Shown here: positions 7,219-19,257 of the stretch, piece by piece
Position numbering within the stretch: position 1 is the stretch's first letter
Layout of the letters: every line of letters starts with the position of its first letter
Assembly (NCBI GenBank): GCA_965652255.1
Contig: CBFGVC010000001.1
Location: 1-41,775 of the forward strand
DNA from: an uncultured Fibrobacteria bacterium
Lineage (GTDB): Bacteria; Fibrobacterota; Fibrobacteria; UBA11236
Length of the DNA stretch: 41,775 bases
Direction of reading: 5' to 3'
Made by a program: the position numbers and the translations under genes
The notes under the pieces: generated by a model
The model's database searches: none
What the model saw: the letters and a program-made list of their open reading frames with translations, nothing else
Told to the model about the DNA's origin: nothing

Positions 7219-8958
7219 ATGGTGGGCTCCCTTGGCCCGGGTTCCGGGTTTGACAAGTCTTCCAAGGCGGCATCCTCGCCACCGCGTGATGCGCTGTACC
7301 CCAAACTTTTTTCCCTGCTAAAAGGCTATACGCGACGAGATTTCGTCGGGGATTTGTGGGCCGGTATCGTCGTCGGCGTCGTGGCGTTGCCACTGGCCAT
7401 AGCCTTTGCGATAGCCTCCGGTGTGGCGCCTGAAAAAGGGCTCGTGACGGCGGTGGTAGCCGGCTTCCTCATTTCGGCTTTGGGTGGAAGCCGAGTGCAA
7501 ATTGGCGGTCCCACCGGGGCTTTCGTCGTCATCGTCTACGGAATCGTGGAGAAGTACGGCGTTAGCGGGCTTGCCATTGCCACGTTCATGGCCGGAGCAA
7601 TGCTGGTTGCCATGGGGCTCGCGAGGTTGGGATCGCTCATGCGCTTCATCCCGCACCCGGTGATTGTCGGATTCACCAGCGGGATCGCCGTCATCATAGC
7701 GTCCACGCAGGCCCGTGACTTTTTCGGTCTAGGTATGCCGTCCATGCCCTCGGAATTCTTCGCCAAGTGGGCTGCCATTTTCCGGCACGTTGGCACGGTA
7801 AACGTTCAGGCCCTTGGCCTCGGCGTTCTTTGCGTAGCCGTTCTCATGTTTTGGCCCAAGGTGTCCCGCAAGGTTCCGGCTTCCTTGGTGGGGTTGATTT
7901 TGTGCACCGTGCTCGCACGGTGGTTCAATCTTTCCGTGGAAACGGTTGGGTCACGGTTCGGGAGTATTCCCGGCGTATTTCCCGCTCCGCACCTACCGGA
8001 CCTCGAATGGGAGATTCTCCGGAACCTGGTGCAACCCGCAATTGCAATCGCTCTCCTCGCAGGAATCGAGTCCTTGCTTTCGGCTACGGTTGCGGACGGG
8101 ATGATTGGCGGGCGGCACCGCCCCAACATGGAGTTGGTCGCCCAAGGCATTGCGAACATTGCCTCCCCGCTATTCGGAGGCATTCCGGCCACAGGGGCCA
8201 TTGCCCGCACAGCTACGAATGTCAAGAATGGGGGTAGAACACCGATTGCGGGGATAGTCCACGCACTCACGCTCCTGGGGATTATGCTGGTTCTCGGCCG
8301 TTATGCCGTGTTGATTCCCCTTTCCTGCCTTGCGGCCATCTTACTCGTGGTGGCGTACCATATGAGTGAGTGGCGCACCTTCGTCGCGCTATTCCGGGGA
8401 CCACGAGCCGACATAGCGGTATTGCTAACTACGTTCGTGTTGACGGTCGTGGTGGACCTCACGGTCGCTATCACGACGGGTGTGGTGCTGGCACTCCTGC
8501 TGTTCATGAAGCAGATGTCGGAGGCTTTTCATGTCGGTCCCCTGGCGAATGGGCAGGGACAGGAAGATATCCTCGAACGGGGCTCGATTCCTGAGGGCGT
8601 GGAAGTGTATGAGGTCAATGGTCCGTTGTTTTTTGGAGCCGCTCAGAAATTCGAGGAAGCCATAACTGCCATCAGCCTTAAGCCCAAGGCGCTCATACTC
8701 CGGTTGCGCAATCTCCTGTCCCTCGACGCCTCGGGGTTACACGCCTTGCAAAGCGTGCACAAGAATTGCGAACGACAAGGCATCGTCCTAATTCTCTCAG
8801 GGGTACACGTCCAACCGACCATTGCCCTTTTCCAGAGTGGATTGGCCGATAAAATCGGGGAGGCGAATCTGTTCCCCAACTTTGAGCCCGCCTTGGAACG
8901 GGCTCGGGAGGTTGTAGGTTCTGACACCGCGTTGACTAGCGGTTATGTCGAGGGGTAG
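7219..8958 (+). CDS. SulP family anion transporter with C-terminal STAS domain
   Basis: N-terminal block RDFVGDLWAGIVVGVVALPLAIAFAIASGV, about 10-12 hydrophobic segments, and a C-terminal STAS-like region (VEVYEVNGPLFFGAAQKFEE...LILRLRNLLSLDASGLHAL). GC is about 55-58% in two hand-counted 60-mers versus about 67% in the neighbouring prx gene. Confidence 0.9.
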   Translation: MVGSLGPGSGFDKSSKAASSPPRDALYPKLFSLLKGYTRRDFVGDLWAGIVVGVVALPLAIAFAIASGVAPEKGLVTAVVAGFLISALGGSRVQIGGPTGAFVVIVYGIVEKYGVSGLAIATFMAGAMLVAMGLARLGSLMRFIPHPVIVGFTSGIAVIIASTQARDFFGLGMPSMPSEFFAKWAAIFRHVGTVNVQALGLGVLCVAVLMFWPKVSRKVPASLVGLILCTVLARWFNLSVETVGSRFGSIPGVFPAPHLPDLEWEILRNLVQPAIAIALLAGIESLLSATVADGMIGGRHRPNMELVAQGIANIASPLFGGIPATGAIARTATNVKNGGRTPIAGIVHALTLLGIMLVLGRYAVLIPLSCLAAILLVVAYHMSEWRTFVALFRGPRADIAVLLTTFVLTVVVDLTVAITTGVVLALLLFMKQMSEAFHVGPLANGQGQEDILERGSIPEGVEVYEVNGPLFFGAAQKFEEAITAISLKPKALILRLRNLLSLDASGLHALQSVHKNCERQGIVLILSGVHVQPTIALFQSGLADKIGEANLFPNFEPALERAREVVGSDTALTSGYVEG

Positions 8959-9110
8959 ACGCCTGTGGTACCGGGCAAGACGGATATGATTTCCGAGATG
9001 TGTGAGCACCAAAGGCGTTTCTGCCCTTTTTTGGGGCCTTCAAGACGACCGGGGACAGGAACAATTGCGCAAAGCGGAGATGGCGTTTTGTTTTTTCCAC
9101 TGTCCTCCCT

Positions 9111-9131
9111 CCACCGCCTACCCTCGAGGAA
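9111..9131. repeat. right C-rich arm R1 flanking the SulP segment
   Basis: CCACCGCCTACCCTCGAGGAA. It is 18 of 21 identical to R2 and complementary to L1 (see L1). Confidence 0.6.
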
Positions 9132-9150
9132 GGGCCGGTAGCAACGGATT

Positions 9151-9177
9151 CGTTCCCCACCGTCCACCTTCGAGGAA
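9151..9177. repeat. right C-rich arm R2 flanking the SulP segment
   Basis: CGTTCCCCACCGTCCACCTTCGAGGAA. It contains the exact reverse complement of the L1 12-mer and 6-mer. Confidence 0.6.
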
Positions 9178-9267
9178 CGATCGGCGGCGAAGAACGCCTT
9201 GCCACCATCGACGAAGAAAAGACTCCGGAGAATCCCCCCTCCCCCGTTGCTAGTTTTCCCCTTCCCC

Positions 9268-10158
9268 ATGAACGATCCCGCTAACCCCCGCGGCGGCGCG
9301 CGCGCGCTGCTCGAGCTGTTCAAGCTGCGGATGACGCTGCACATCCTCATCACCACGGTGGTGGGATTCTACATGGCCTCCCCGCCCGAGATCGCCTGGG
9401 GCGTGTTGGGGTGGACGCTGCTGGGCACGGGCCTGCTCGCGTCCTCCGCCTTCAGCTTCAACCAGGCCATCGAACAGCGGCACGACGCGGTGATGGAGCG
9501 GACGAAGGGGCGCCCGTTGCCCTCCGGACGACTCAGCTCGGCCGCGGCATGGATCGCGGGCGGGCTCACGACGCTCGCGGGCTCGTGGATATTGTGGATC
9601 CACGCGAACGCGCTCACGGCCCTGCTGGGCTTCTCCACCGTCGTGCTGTACGCCGCCGTGTACACGCCCCTGAAGCGGATGACGACATTCAACACCTTGG
9701 TGGGCGGCATTCCCGGCGCCCTTCCGCCGCTCATGGGCTGGACGGCGGCCCAGAACCAGGTCGGCACCGGCGGGATGCTGCTTTTCGCCCTCTTGTTCTT
9801 CTGGCAACTCCCCCACTTCCTCGCCCTGGCGTGGATGTACAAGGACGACTATCGTCGCGGCGGCTTCCGCATGCTGAGCCTGTCCGACGAATCCGGAGAC
9901 ATCTGCTTCCGTCAGATCTGGATGCAGAGCGTGCTGCTCGTGCCCGTGTCGCTGTTTCCTTACGTGTATGGCCTCGCGGGACCGTGGTACGCGGCGACCG
10001 CCTTGGCGGGCGGAGCGGTTTTCCTGGCGCTGGCGTGGCGCCTGCGCCGCACGCGAAGGCGCGAGGACGCGGTCAAGGTTTTCCTCTGGTCGCTGGCCTA
10101 CCTTCCCTTGGTCCTCATCGTCATGGCGCTCGACAAGCGCCTGATCTTCGTCGCCTGA
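9268..10158 (+). CDS. ctaB: protoheme IX farnesyltransferase (heme O synthase)
   Basis: UbiA-family motif FNQAIEQRHDAVMERTKGRPLPSG, a polytopic membrane profile, and a position at the head of the ACIII/oxidase cluster. Start taken at ATG 9268 (MNDPANPR...). The upstream part of the track ORF (9199-) is Pro-rich and unlikely to be coding. Confidence 0.88.
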   Translation: MNDPANPRGGARALLELFKLRMTLHILITTVVGFYMASPPEIAWGVLGWTLLGTGLLASSAFSFNQAIEQRHDAVMERTKGRPLPSGRLSSAAAWIAGGLTTLAGSWILWIHANALTALLGFSTVVLYAAVYTPLKRMTTFNTLVGGIPGALPPLMGWTAAQNQVGTGGMLLFALLFFWQLPHFLALAWMYKDDYRRGGFRMLSLSDESGDICFRQIWMQSVLLVPVSLFPYVYGLAGPWYAATALAGGAVFLALAWRLRRTRRREDAVKVFLWSLAYLPLVLIVMALDKRLIFVA

Positions 10159-10321
10159 GTCGCGCCGAAGGAATTCGCATCGCCCCAATTCACGTGATCG
10201 CAACGGCTTACGCGCATCGATAGGCATGTAACGAACGTCGGCGCGACTCCTGCCCGGATTTGACCGGGAATATCGTTGAGATACGATCTCAAAAGAATTT
10301 GCACGGCTACGTGTCGAAGTC

Positions 10322-10350
10322 TTGCATGCCCATTTTTCGCGATTTAGTTT
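10322..10350 (+). promoter_or_regulatory. weak sigma70-like promoter candidate upstream of actA
   Basis: TTGCAT (10322-10327), 17-nt spacer, TAGTTT (10345-10350), about 80 nt before ATG 10429. Pattern match only. Confidence 0.25.
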
Positions 10351-10428
10351 TTCGCCGCCTGAAAAACGGAAACCCTGACTCGAATCGGGAACCGGAAACC
10401 TTCCGGTGAGCCGCTGGAGACTAGCCGA

Positions 10429-11070
10429 ATGGTATTCCCGAAGTGGACCAACAAGGTTCCCCTCATCTTGCTGGCCTCCGTAGTTTTCCTGGTCTGCTTC
10501 GCTGTTTTCGCCTTCGCCTATTGGGGCTCTCCCAAGAACTACATCGTCGGATACCAGCCCGTTCAGCCCATCGCCTTCAGCCATGAGCTGCATGCCGGAC
10601 AACTCGGCATGGATTGCCGCTACTGCCACTACAACGTGGAGAAGGGGCGCCACGCGGGCGTGCCGCCCACCGAGACCTGCCTCAACTGCCACTCGCTGGT
10701 GAAGACCGATTCGCCCGAGATCCAGAAGCTGCTCGAGTACCACGAGAAGGGGCTTCCGGTACCGTGGGTCCGGGTGCACAAGCTGGCCGACTTCGCTTAC
10801 TTCGACCATAGCGCCCACGTCAACAAGGGCGTGAGCTGCGTCGACTGCCACGGGCGCGTCGACCAGATGGTCGAAGTGCGCGCCGAGACGCCCTTGAGCA
10901 TGGGCTGGTGCCTCGACTGCCACCGCGACCCGGCGCCGTACGTGCGCGACCGCTCGAAGGTCACCGACCTTTCGTGGAAGCCCGAGGGCGATCCGGCCGA
11001 GTACGGCCGCGAGTTCATGAAGCTCTACAACGTGAATCCCAGAACGGACTGCTCCGCATGCCATCGCTGA
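10429..11070 (+). CDS. actA: Alternative Complex III subunit ActA, pentaheme cytochrome c
   Basis: N-terminal TM anchor plus five CxxCH motifs (CRYCH, CLNCH, CVDCH, CLDCH, CSACH). Followed by actB-F in canonical order. Confidence 0.9.
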   Translation: MVFPKWTNKVPLILLASVVFLVCFAVFAFAYWGSPKNYIVGYQPVQPIAFSHELHAGQLGMDCRYCHYNVEKGRHAGVPPTETCLNCHSLVKTDSPEIQKLLEYHEKGLPVPWVRVHKLADFAYFDHSAHVNKGVSCVDCHGRVDQMVEVRAETPLSMGWCLDCHRDPAPYVRDRSKVTDLSWKPEGDPAEYGREFMKLYNVNPRTDCSACHR

Positions 11071-14000
11071 ACCTCGATCCGAAGCAGCCGCAAAAGGCGG
11101 CCTGGAAGAGCCTCGAAGAACTCGCCGGTTCCCCCGAGTTCAAGGACTTCGCCTCCCACGAATTCCCCGAAGGCGCGGACACGATGGGCGCCGACATTTC
11201 GCGCCGCCGCTTCCTGCAGGTGATGGGGGCGGGCATGGCGTTCGCCGGACTCGCGGGGTGCAAGGGCATCCGCCGCCCCGAGCAGCACATCCTTCCCTAC
11301 AACCAGATGCCGGAGCGCCTCATTCCGGGCGTTCCCCAGTTCTACGCCACCACGCATTCGCTGGCCGGCGACGCCGTCGGCCTCCTCGTCGAGTCGCACG
11401 AGGGGCGCCCCACCAAGATCGAGGGCAATCCTTCCCATCCCGCCAGCCGGGGCGGCACCTCGAAGCAACACCAGGCCGCCATCCTCGACCTTTACAATCC
11501 GGAACGCAGCCAGGTCCCGCTCAAGGGCGGCGCGGCTTCGTCCTGGCAGGCCTTCTGGGCAGAGGCGAACCCGGTCTTCGACGAGCTGAAGGCAAATGGC
11601 GGCGAGGGTCTGCGCATCCTTTCGTCGCACACGGCGTCGCCTTCGTTCCGCGCCGTGCGCGACCATGCCATGCGCGTTTTCCCGAAAGCGAAGTGGATCG
11701 CCTACGAGCCCGTCTCGCGCGACAACGTGATCGCCGGCATGCATGCCTTGACCGGCAAGGCCGCCGAGCCGCTTTACCGTTTCGCCAAGGCGAAGCGGGT
11801 GTTGTCGGTGGATTGCGACTTCCTGGAGGCCGAGGCCTTCAACCTGGCATATTCCCGCGACTTCGCCGAAGCCCGCAACCCGGATGCGGGGCTGGATGGG
11901 ATGAACCGGCTTTACGTGATCGAGTCGGGTTTTTCCGTGACCGGCGGCTCCGCCGATCACAGGCTGCGCGTCAAGCCCGGCGCGGTGCCGCACGCCTTGC
12001 TGGCCCTCGCCCGCGAATTGCAGTCCCGCGGCCTGCGCCTGCCCGGCCTCGGCATCGACCTGAACGCGGTTCCGCGCAACGCCGAGGGCATTTCCACGAC
12101 GTGGATCCAGGCCTTGGCCGAGGACCTGCTGAAGCATCGAGGCGAGTCGGTGGTTGCCGTGGGGAAGTACCAGCCCGCCGCAGTGCACGCGCTCGGACAG
12201 GCGATCAACCACGCGCTGGGCAACGTGGGCAAGACCGTCGAGTGGAAGGTTTCCGTCGCGCATGCCCTCAATGCCTCCGGCGACGCGCCCGAGAACGGAG
12301 TCGAGGGCCTTCGCGCCCTGGCCTCGGATCTCGATGCAGGACGCGTGTCGGCCCTGCTCGTGCTCGAGGCGAATCCCGTCTACGCGTCCCCCGCCGACCT
12401 CGGCCTGGGCGCGAAGATCGCCTCGGCGAAATTCAGCGCCCACCTTGGATCCGAGGCCGATGAAACCGCAGCCGCGTGCGGCTGGCACCTGCCGGTCAGC
12501 CACTTCCTCGAAACCTGGAGCGACGGTCGCGCCCTGGACGGCACCACCTCCATCGCCCAGCCTCTCATCGCCCCGCTTTACGAGACCCTCGACTCCGCCG
12601 AGCTCCTGGCGCGCCTTTCCGGCTTCGGCCGGACAGCTTCGCACGAGATCGTGCGCGCTTACTGGGCCGGCCAAGCCGGCCTCGGCTTCGATACGGCGTG
12701 GCGCAAGTGGCTTCACGACGGCATCGTCACCCTCGGCGGCGCTGCCGACGTCGGCTTGGCTCCCACCGCCGTCCTGCAGGAGCTGATGCGCGGCATCCCG
12801 GCCGCGCCGCAGGGCGTCGAGCTGATCTTCCGCGAGGACTCGCGCCTGCTCGACGGGCGCTTCGCCAACAATCCCTGGCTGCAGGAACTTCCCGACCCCA
12901 TCACCAAGCTCACCTGGGACAACGCGCTGCTCGTGGGCCCCAAGCTCGGCGAGAAGCTCGGCATCACGGAAAACCTCCTCAACGGCGATGCCACCGGCAC
13001 GACCCTGGCCGACTATCGCAAGCGTCCCATGGTGCGCGTGACCGCGGGCGGCGCCTCGCTCGAGGCAGCGGCCTGGATCCTTCCCGGCCTCGCGGACGAG
13101 ACCGCCGTGCTGCACCTGGGCTTCGGCCGCATGCATGTGGGCAAGGTCGGCGAGGAGTCCGGCTTCAACGCCTACGCGCTCATGTCCTCCGCCTCGCCCT
13201 TCGCGGCCTCCGGCGTGAGGATCGAAAAGCTCGGACGGCTCTACGCCCTGGCCTGCACGCAGGACCACTGGTCGCTGATGGGGCGCCCCATCGTGCGCAC
13301 CGGGAACCTCGCCGAATACCTCGATGCCCCGGAGGATTTCGCCTCCGAGGACAAGTGGAACAAGCATCCGCCCGAGAAGAGCCTTTGGGACGAGTCGGTG
13401 CGCGGCACCTACGACTTCTCGCAGGGCATGCAGTGGGGCATGGTCATCGACCTCAACAGCTGTTCGGGCTGCAACGCCTGCCTCATCGCCTGCCAGGCCG
13501 AGAACAACATCCCCACCGTGGGCAAGGAGCAGGTGCTGCGGGGCCGCGAGATGCATTGGCTGCGCCTCGACCGCTACTTCACCGGGAACGTGGAGGATCC
13601 GCAGCTCGAGTTCCAGCCCATGACCTGCCAGCAGTGCGAGAACGCGCCCTGCGAGGAGGTTTGCCCCGTGGCCGCCACCGTGCACTCCCACGACGGCCTG
13701 AACGACATGGTGTACAACCGCTGCATCGGGACGCGGTACTGCTCGAACAACTGCCCCTTCAAGGTGCGCCGGTTCAACTTCTTCAACTACACGAACAAGT
13801 ACACCGAGACCGAGAAGATGCGCATGAACCCCGACGTCACCGTGCGCTTCCGCGGCGTGATGGAGAAGTGCACGTACTGCGTGCAGCGCATCCAGCGCGC
13901 GCGCATCGAGGCGAAGAACGCGGGCAGCGAGCGCGTCGCCGACGGCGTGATCGTGCCGGCCTGCGGCCAGGCGTGCCCCTCGGGCTCGATCGCCTTCGGC

Positions 14001-14150
14001 GACATCAACGACCCCCAGAGCCGCGTCTCGCGCCTCAAGGCGCACCCGCGCAACTACGGCCTTCTGGGCGACCTCAACCTGAAGCCCCGCACGAGCTACC
14101 TGGCGCGGGTGCGCAACCCCAACCCGGCGCTCGAGAGGGTCGCGGCCTGA
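11058..14150 (+). CDS. actB: Alternative Complex III subunit ActB (molybdopterin-oxidoreductase-like domain fused to an FeS domain)
   Basis: Tat signal [22 protein letters not shown]-terminal ferredoxin-type clusters [43 protein letters not shown] and [10 protein letters not shown]. The start ATG 11058 overlaps the actA stop. The track ORF start at 10908 lies inside actA. Confidence 0.92.
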   Translation: MPSLNLDPKQPQKAAWKSLEELAGSPEFKDFASHEFPEGADTMGADISRRRFLQVMGAGMAFAGLAGCKGIRRPEQHILPYNQMPERLIPGVPQFYATTHSLAGDAVGLLVESHEGRPTKIEGNPSHPASRGGTSKQHQAAILDLYNPERSQVPLKGGAASSWQAFWAEANPVFDELKANGGEGLRILSSHTASPSFRAVRDHAMRVFPKAKWIAYEPVSRDNVIAGMHALTGKAAEPLYRFAKAKRVLSVDCDFLEAEAFNLAYSRDFAEARNPDAGLDGMNRLYVIESGFSVTGGSADHRLRVKPGAVPHALLALARELQSRGLRLPGLGIDLNAVPRNAEGISTTWIQALAEDLLKHRGESVVAVGKYQPAAVHALGQAINHALGNVGKTVEWKVSVAHALNASGDAPENGVEGLRALASDLDAGRVSALLVLEANPVYASPADLGLGAKIASAKFSAHLGSEADETAAACGWHLPVSHFLETWSDGRALDGTTSIAQPLIAPLYETLDSAELLARLSGFGRTASHEIVRAYWAGQAGLGFDTAWRKWLHDGIVTLGGAADVGLAPTAVLQELMRGIPAAPQGVELIFREDSRLLDGRFANNPWLQELPDPITKLTWDNALLVGPKLGEKLGITENLLNGDATGTTLADYRKRPMVRVTAGGASLEAAAWILPGLADETAVLHLGFGRMHVGKVGEESGFNAYALMSSASPFAASGVRIEKLGRLYALACTQDHWSLMGRPIVRTGNLAEYLDAPEDFASEDKWNKHPPEKSLWDESVRGTYDFSQGMQWGMVIDLNSCSGCNACLIACQAENNIPTVGKEQVLRGREMHWLRLDRYFTGNVEDPQLEFQPMTCQQCENAPCEEVCPVAATVHSHDGLNDMVYNRCIGTRYCSNNCPFKVRRFNFFNYTNKYTETEKMRMNPDVTVRFRGVMEKCTYCVQRIQRARIEAKNAGSERVADGVIVPACGQACPSGSIAFGDINDPQSRVSRLKAHPRNYGLLGDLNLKPRTSYLARVRNPNPALERVAA

Positions 14151-14181
14151 GGCCGGGACCGAGCAAGGAAGCAGCACGCAC

Positions 14182-15564
<1,383 letters not shown>

Positions 15565-15565
15565 C

Positions 15566-16111
15566 ATGAGCCGCGCCTCCGCCCCCCGCGTCTTCGGGGT
15601 GCTCGCCGAATTCAAGAGTCCCGCCGACGTCTATCATGCCGCCGAGAAGGTGCGCGACGCCGGTTACAGCAAATGGGACGTGCACTCCCCCTTCCCCATC
15701 CACGGCATCGAGCGCGCCATGGGCATCGGCGACTCGAAGCTGGGCTGGATCGCCTTCTTCTGCGCCGCCACGGGCGCGTTCGGGGGTTTCGGGCTCCAGT
15801 ACTGGATCCACCAGCACGCCTACCCGCTCTTGATCGGCGGCAAGCCCATGGCCGCCCTGCCGGCCTACGTTCCCGTGACCTTCGAGCCGGGAATCCTGTT
15901 CACGGCCTTCGGTTGCATCTTCGGCATGCTCGCCCTCAACGGCCTGCCGCGCTTCTACCACGCGCTTTTCCGCAGCGAGAACTTCAAGCGCGCGACCGAC
16001 GACGGCTTCTTCATCTGCATCGAGGCCCGGGATCCGAAGTTCGCGGTCGAGTCCGCGCGGTCGCTGCTCGAATCGGCCGGCGGCAAGAACATCGAAGTGC
16101 TGGAGGATTGA
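15566..16111 (+). CDS. actD: Alternative Complex III subunit ActD
   Basis: 181 aa with a soluble N-part, two TM helices and a C-terminal soluble part. Starts 1 nt after the actC stop. Position and size match ActD (DUF3341-type). Confidence 0.8.
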   Translation: MSRASAPRVFGVLAEFKSPADVYHAAEKVRDAGYSKWDVHSPFPIHGIERAMGIGDSKLGWIAFFCAATGAFGGFGLQYWIHQHAYPLLIGGKPMAALPAYVPVTFEPGILFTAFGCIFGMLALNGLPRFYHALFRSENFKRATDDGFFICIEARDPKFAVESARSLLESAGGKNIEVLED

Positions 16112-16112
16112 C

Positions 16113-16700
16113 GTGAAGCGCATCATCGCCCCCACAACGCTGCTGGGATACGCGCTGCTGGGCGCCGCCGTCCTGCTCTCCGGCTGCCGCGGGCAAACCT
16201 CGCGCAAGCCCCCGCTCTGGATCATGCACGGCATGGAGTTCCAGCCGCGCTACAACGCCTTCGAGGGCAACGACTTCTTCGCCGACGGCCGCAACATGCG
16301 CACGCCGCCCGAGGGCACCGTGGCCCGCGGACACCTCCGCGAGGACGACGCCTTTTACCGCGGCGGCGGGCAGTCCCCCGTGACGCAAAACCCCGTCGCG
16401 GTCACCCCCGCCCTCATGGAGCGCGGCCGCGCGCGCTACGACATTTACTGCACCCCGTGCCACTCCGCCACCGGCGAAGGCGCCGGGATGGTGGTGAAGC
16501 GCGGCTTCCTGCCGCCGCCCAGCCTGCACGATGCGCGCGTGGCGGCCCTGCCCGACGGCGAGCTGTTCCGGATCATCTCGAACGGGATCCGCAACATGCC
16601 GGCCTACGGCAAGCAAATTCCCGAGGAGGACCGGTGGGCCGTCGTCGCCTACATCCGGGCCCTGCAATACAGCCGCGCCGGCGGCCCATCGAGAAACTGA
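16113..16700 (+). CDS. actE: Alternative Complex III subunit ActE, monoheme cytochrome c lipoprotein
   Basis: Lipobox LLSGC, a single CTPCH heme site and a downstream NMPAY Met ligand region. GTG start at 16113. Confidence 0.85.
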   Translation: MKRIIAPTTLLGYALLGAAVLLSGCRGQTSRKPPLWIMHGMEFQPRYNAFEGNDFFADGRNMRTPPEGTVARGHLREDDAFYRGGGQSPVTQNPVAVTPALMERGRARYDIYCTPCHSATGEGAGMVVKRGFLPPPSLHDARVAALPDGELFRIISNGIRNMPAYGKQIPEEDRWAVVAYIRALQYSRAGGPSRN

Positions 16701-16712
16701 GGTCACCGAAAA

Positions 16713-17918
16713 ATGGCTGCAAACCCCGACACCCTCCGCGCCGACGAACGCCTTAGCGAAAAGTTCGCCCGGAGCACCTCCTGGTTCCTCGGCGCCGGGA
16801 TACTCGGCGTGGCGCTCTGCGCCTTCGCGTACTTCCGCAACGGGCAGGACTTCTTCATCTCCTACCTGACCGCGTTCTGCTTCTTCCTCGCGATCTCGCT
16901 GGGCGCGATCTTCTTCGTGATGGTGCAGCACCTGACCCGCGCGGGCTGGAGCGTGACCGTGCGCCGCACGGCCGAGAACATCTCGGGCAACCTCATCCTG
17001 TTGGTGATCCTTTTCCTGCCCCTTTTGCCCGGAGTGCACGACCTTTTCCACTGGTCGCACGAGGACGTCCGAGCCACCGACGCGTTGATCCGGACGAAGG
17101 CGGCGTACCTGAACCTGCCGTTCTTCTATTCCCGCACCGCCTTCTACTTCATCGTCTGGGCCGTGCTCGCCTGGTGGTTCCTGCGCACCTCGAGGCGGCA
17201 GGACGAGACCGCCGATCCGGCGCTCACCACCCGCATGGGCAAGGTGTCGGCGGTCGGACTCATCCTCTTCGCCCTCACGCTGACCTTCTTCGCGTTCGAC
17301 TGGATCATGTCCATCGACGCGCACTGGTTCTCCACCATGTTCGGCGTCTATTACTTCGCCGGAGCGGTCGTCGCGTTCTACAGCGCGCTGATCCTGGTGC
17401 TCACCTGGCTGAAGCGCTCCGGCCACCTGGCGAAGTCGGTGAATGCCGAGCACTACCACGACATGGGCAAGCTCCTGTTCGGCCACAACGTGTTCTGGAC
17501 CTACATCGCCTTCAGCCAGTTCATGCTGATCTGGTACGCGAACATTCCCGAGGAGACGCTCTTTTTCCTGCACCGCTCCGGCGACGGCTGGAAGGCCGTG
17601 AGCTATTCCCTCCCCTGGCTGCACTTCGCGGTTCCCTTCCTGTTCCTGATGTCGCACAACGTCAAGCGCCGCCCACTGCTCCTTTCCGCCGGCGCGGCGC
17701 TCCTGCTCGTCATGTGCTACGTGGACATCTACTGGCTGGTCCAGCCGTATTTCCACCATCACCCGCGCTTCGGGCTCGCTGACATCGGCTCCTTGCTTGC
17801 GATCGGCGGGTTTTATTTATTCTTCCTTGTCCACAACATGCGGCAGGCCAGCCTCGTTCCCACCGGCGACCCCCGCCTGGGCGACAGCCTTTCCTACGAC
17901 AACGGGATTCCCAAATGA
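16713..17918 (+). CDS. actF: Alternative Complex III subunit ActF (second NrfD-like membrane subunit)
   Basis: 401-aa polytopic membrane protein following actE, in the canonical cluster position. Confidence 0.85.
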   Translation: MAANPDTLRADERLSEKFARSTSWFLGAGILGVALCAFAYFRNGQDFFISYLTAFCFFLAISLGAIFFVMVQHLTRAGWSVTVRRTAENISGNLILLVILFLPLLPGVHDLFHWSHEDVRATDALIRTKAAYLNLPFFYSRTAFYFIVWAVLAWWFLRTSRRQDETADPALTTRMGKVSAVGLILFALTLTFFAFDWIMSIDAHWFSTMFGVYYFAGAVVAFYSALILVLTWLKRSGHLAKSVNAEHYHDMGKLLFGHNVFWTYIAFSQFMLIWYANIPEETLFFLHRSGDGWKAVSYSLPWLHFAVPFLFLMSHNVKRRPLLLSAGAALLLVMCYVDIYWLVQPYFHHHPRFGLADIGSLLAIGGFYLFFLVHNMRQASLVPTGDPRLGDSLSYDNGIPK

Positions 17919-18211
17919 GCACGACGCACGCGATCAACACCGGGCACGGCGGCCACGAGAAAGAGGACTTCGAGGGCACCTACGCCATTTGGGCCATTCC
18001 GTTCAGCATGGTGCTGCTGGCGGTCTTCGTCTTCATCGTGGCCTTGTGGGCTCCCGCCGCGGCGAGCCGCGAGATGAGGGCCAAGGAGCGGATGGGCGCC
18101 GAGCAATCGCGCCGTGAGCTGATCGAGCATCGCGCCTCGGAGCGCGAGGCCCTCGCTTCGGGCGCCGTGCCGATCGAGGATGCCATGCGCCGCCTGTCCA
18201 CCGGGGAATAG
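17915..18211 (+). CDS. small single-pass membrane protein of the ACIII/oxidase cluster (ActG-like position; function unknown)
   Basis: ATGA overlap with the actF stop. One TM helix (WAIPFSMVLLAVFVFIVALWA) followed by a charged helical tail. Confidence 0.6.
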   Translation: MSTTHAINTGHGGHEKEDFEGTYAIWAIPFSMVLLAVFVFIVALWAPAAASREMRAKERMGAEQSRRELIEHRASEREALASGAVPIEDAMRRLSTGE

Positions 18212-18241
18212 CGCCCGCAACCGGCTCGGGAAACCTTCACG

Positions 18242-19057
18242 TTGCAATCCGCCCTTCTCCTCGCCGCAGCCCTGTCCGTCATGCCCGACATGTCGGCGCA
18301 TGACACCGCAGGGGCGGCGCTGCAGGCCACCGTGGGCGCCGGCATCGAGGAAAAGCTGGGCCAGAGCGTCGACCCCGCCCTCGCCTTCCTCGACGAGACG
18401 GGCCGCGAGGTGCGCCTCGGCGACTACCTCGGCCAAGGCAAACCCCTCCTCCTGAACTTCTCCTACTTCCACTGCCCCATGTTGTGCGGGCTGGTGCAGG
18501 ACGGGATGGCCAAGGCCCTCAAGGGAATCGACTGGTCTCCGGGCGAGGACTTCCTCGTCTTGACCGTGAGCATGGATTGGCGCGAAGGGCCCGAGGAGGC
18601 CATGCCCGTCAAGGAGCGCCTCGTCCCCACCATCGAAAAGCCCGGAGCCGACAGCGGGTGGCATTTCCTGACGGGCGATTACAAGGCCGTGCGGGCGCTC
18701 GCCCGCTCCACCGGCTTCAATTACAACTACGTGCCCGGGCAGAACGACTTCGCCCATGCGGCCGGCCTGATTTTCCTCAGCCCTTCGGGCGTGGTGTCGC
18801 GCTACCTCTACGGCATCGACTTTCCGGTTCGCGACATGAAGCTCGCGCTGCTCGACGCCTCCGAAGGCAAGAGCCTTTCCATGGGAGAAAAGTTCGCGTT
18901 GATGTGCTTCAAGTACGACCCCGACGCCCAAGGGTACGTGCTGTTCGCCCGGAACTTCATGAAGGCCGGGGGACTCGTGGTGCTGGCGCTCCTGCTCCTC
19001 TTGCTCATTCCGCTCTGGCGGCGCGAAGCCCGTTCCAGGGCCTCCGCCAAGGGCTGA
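18242..19057 (+). CDS. SCO1/SenC family copper chaperone (thioredoxin fold)
   Basis: CxxxC copper motif in FSYFHCPMLCG, an N-terminal signal-like segment and a C-terminal TM helix. TTG start as in the track; the start is uncertain. Confidence 0.85.
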   Translation: MQSALLLAAALSVMPDMSAHDTAGAALQATVGAGIEEKLGQSVDPALAFLDETGREVRLGDYLGQGKPLLLNFSYFHCPMLCGLVQDGMAKALKGIDWSPGEDFLVLTVSMDWREGPEEAMPVKERLVPTIEKPGADSGWHFLTGDYKAVRALARSTGFNYNYVPGQNDFAHAAGLIFLSPSGVVSRYLYGIDFPVRDMKLALLDASEGKSLSMGEKFALMCFKYDPDAQGYVLFARNFMKAGGLVVLALLLLLLIPLWRREARSRASAKG

Positions 19058-19257
19058 GGCGGGCGGAAAGGTGCCTCGTTTTGCGGCAGGTTTATTTACA
19101 TTTGCCCGGAACTTCGGGAAGCTGCGTTCCGGCGATGCCGGCACGCGTCTTTTGATTGCCAATACCCCCGCGCCCGCGCGAAGCCACCGGCTTCGTACCG
19201 GCGCTTCTCCGGGAAAGGATGCCTGAACTCCTTCGCCAAGGACAGCCAAACGCCCCT

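Noticed and set aside
9070-9097. Possible SulP terminator CAAAGC-(9 nt)-GTTTTG followed by TTTTTT
   Set aside because: The stem is only 6 bp, A/U-rich and includes a G:U pair. That is too weak to annotate as a feature without a folding calculation.
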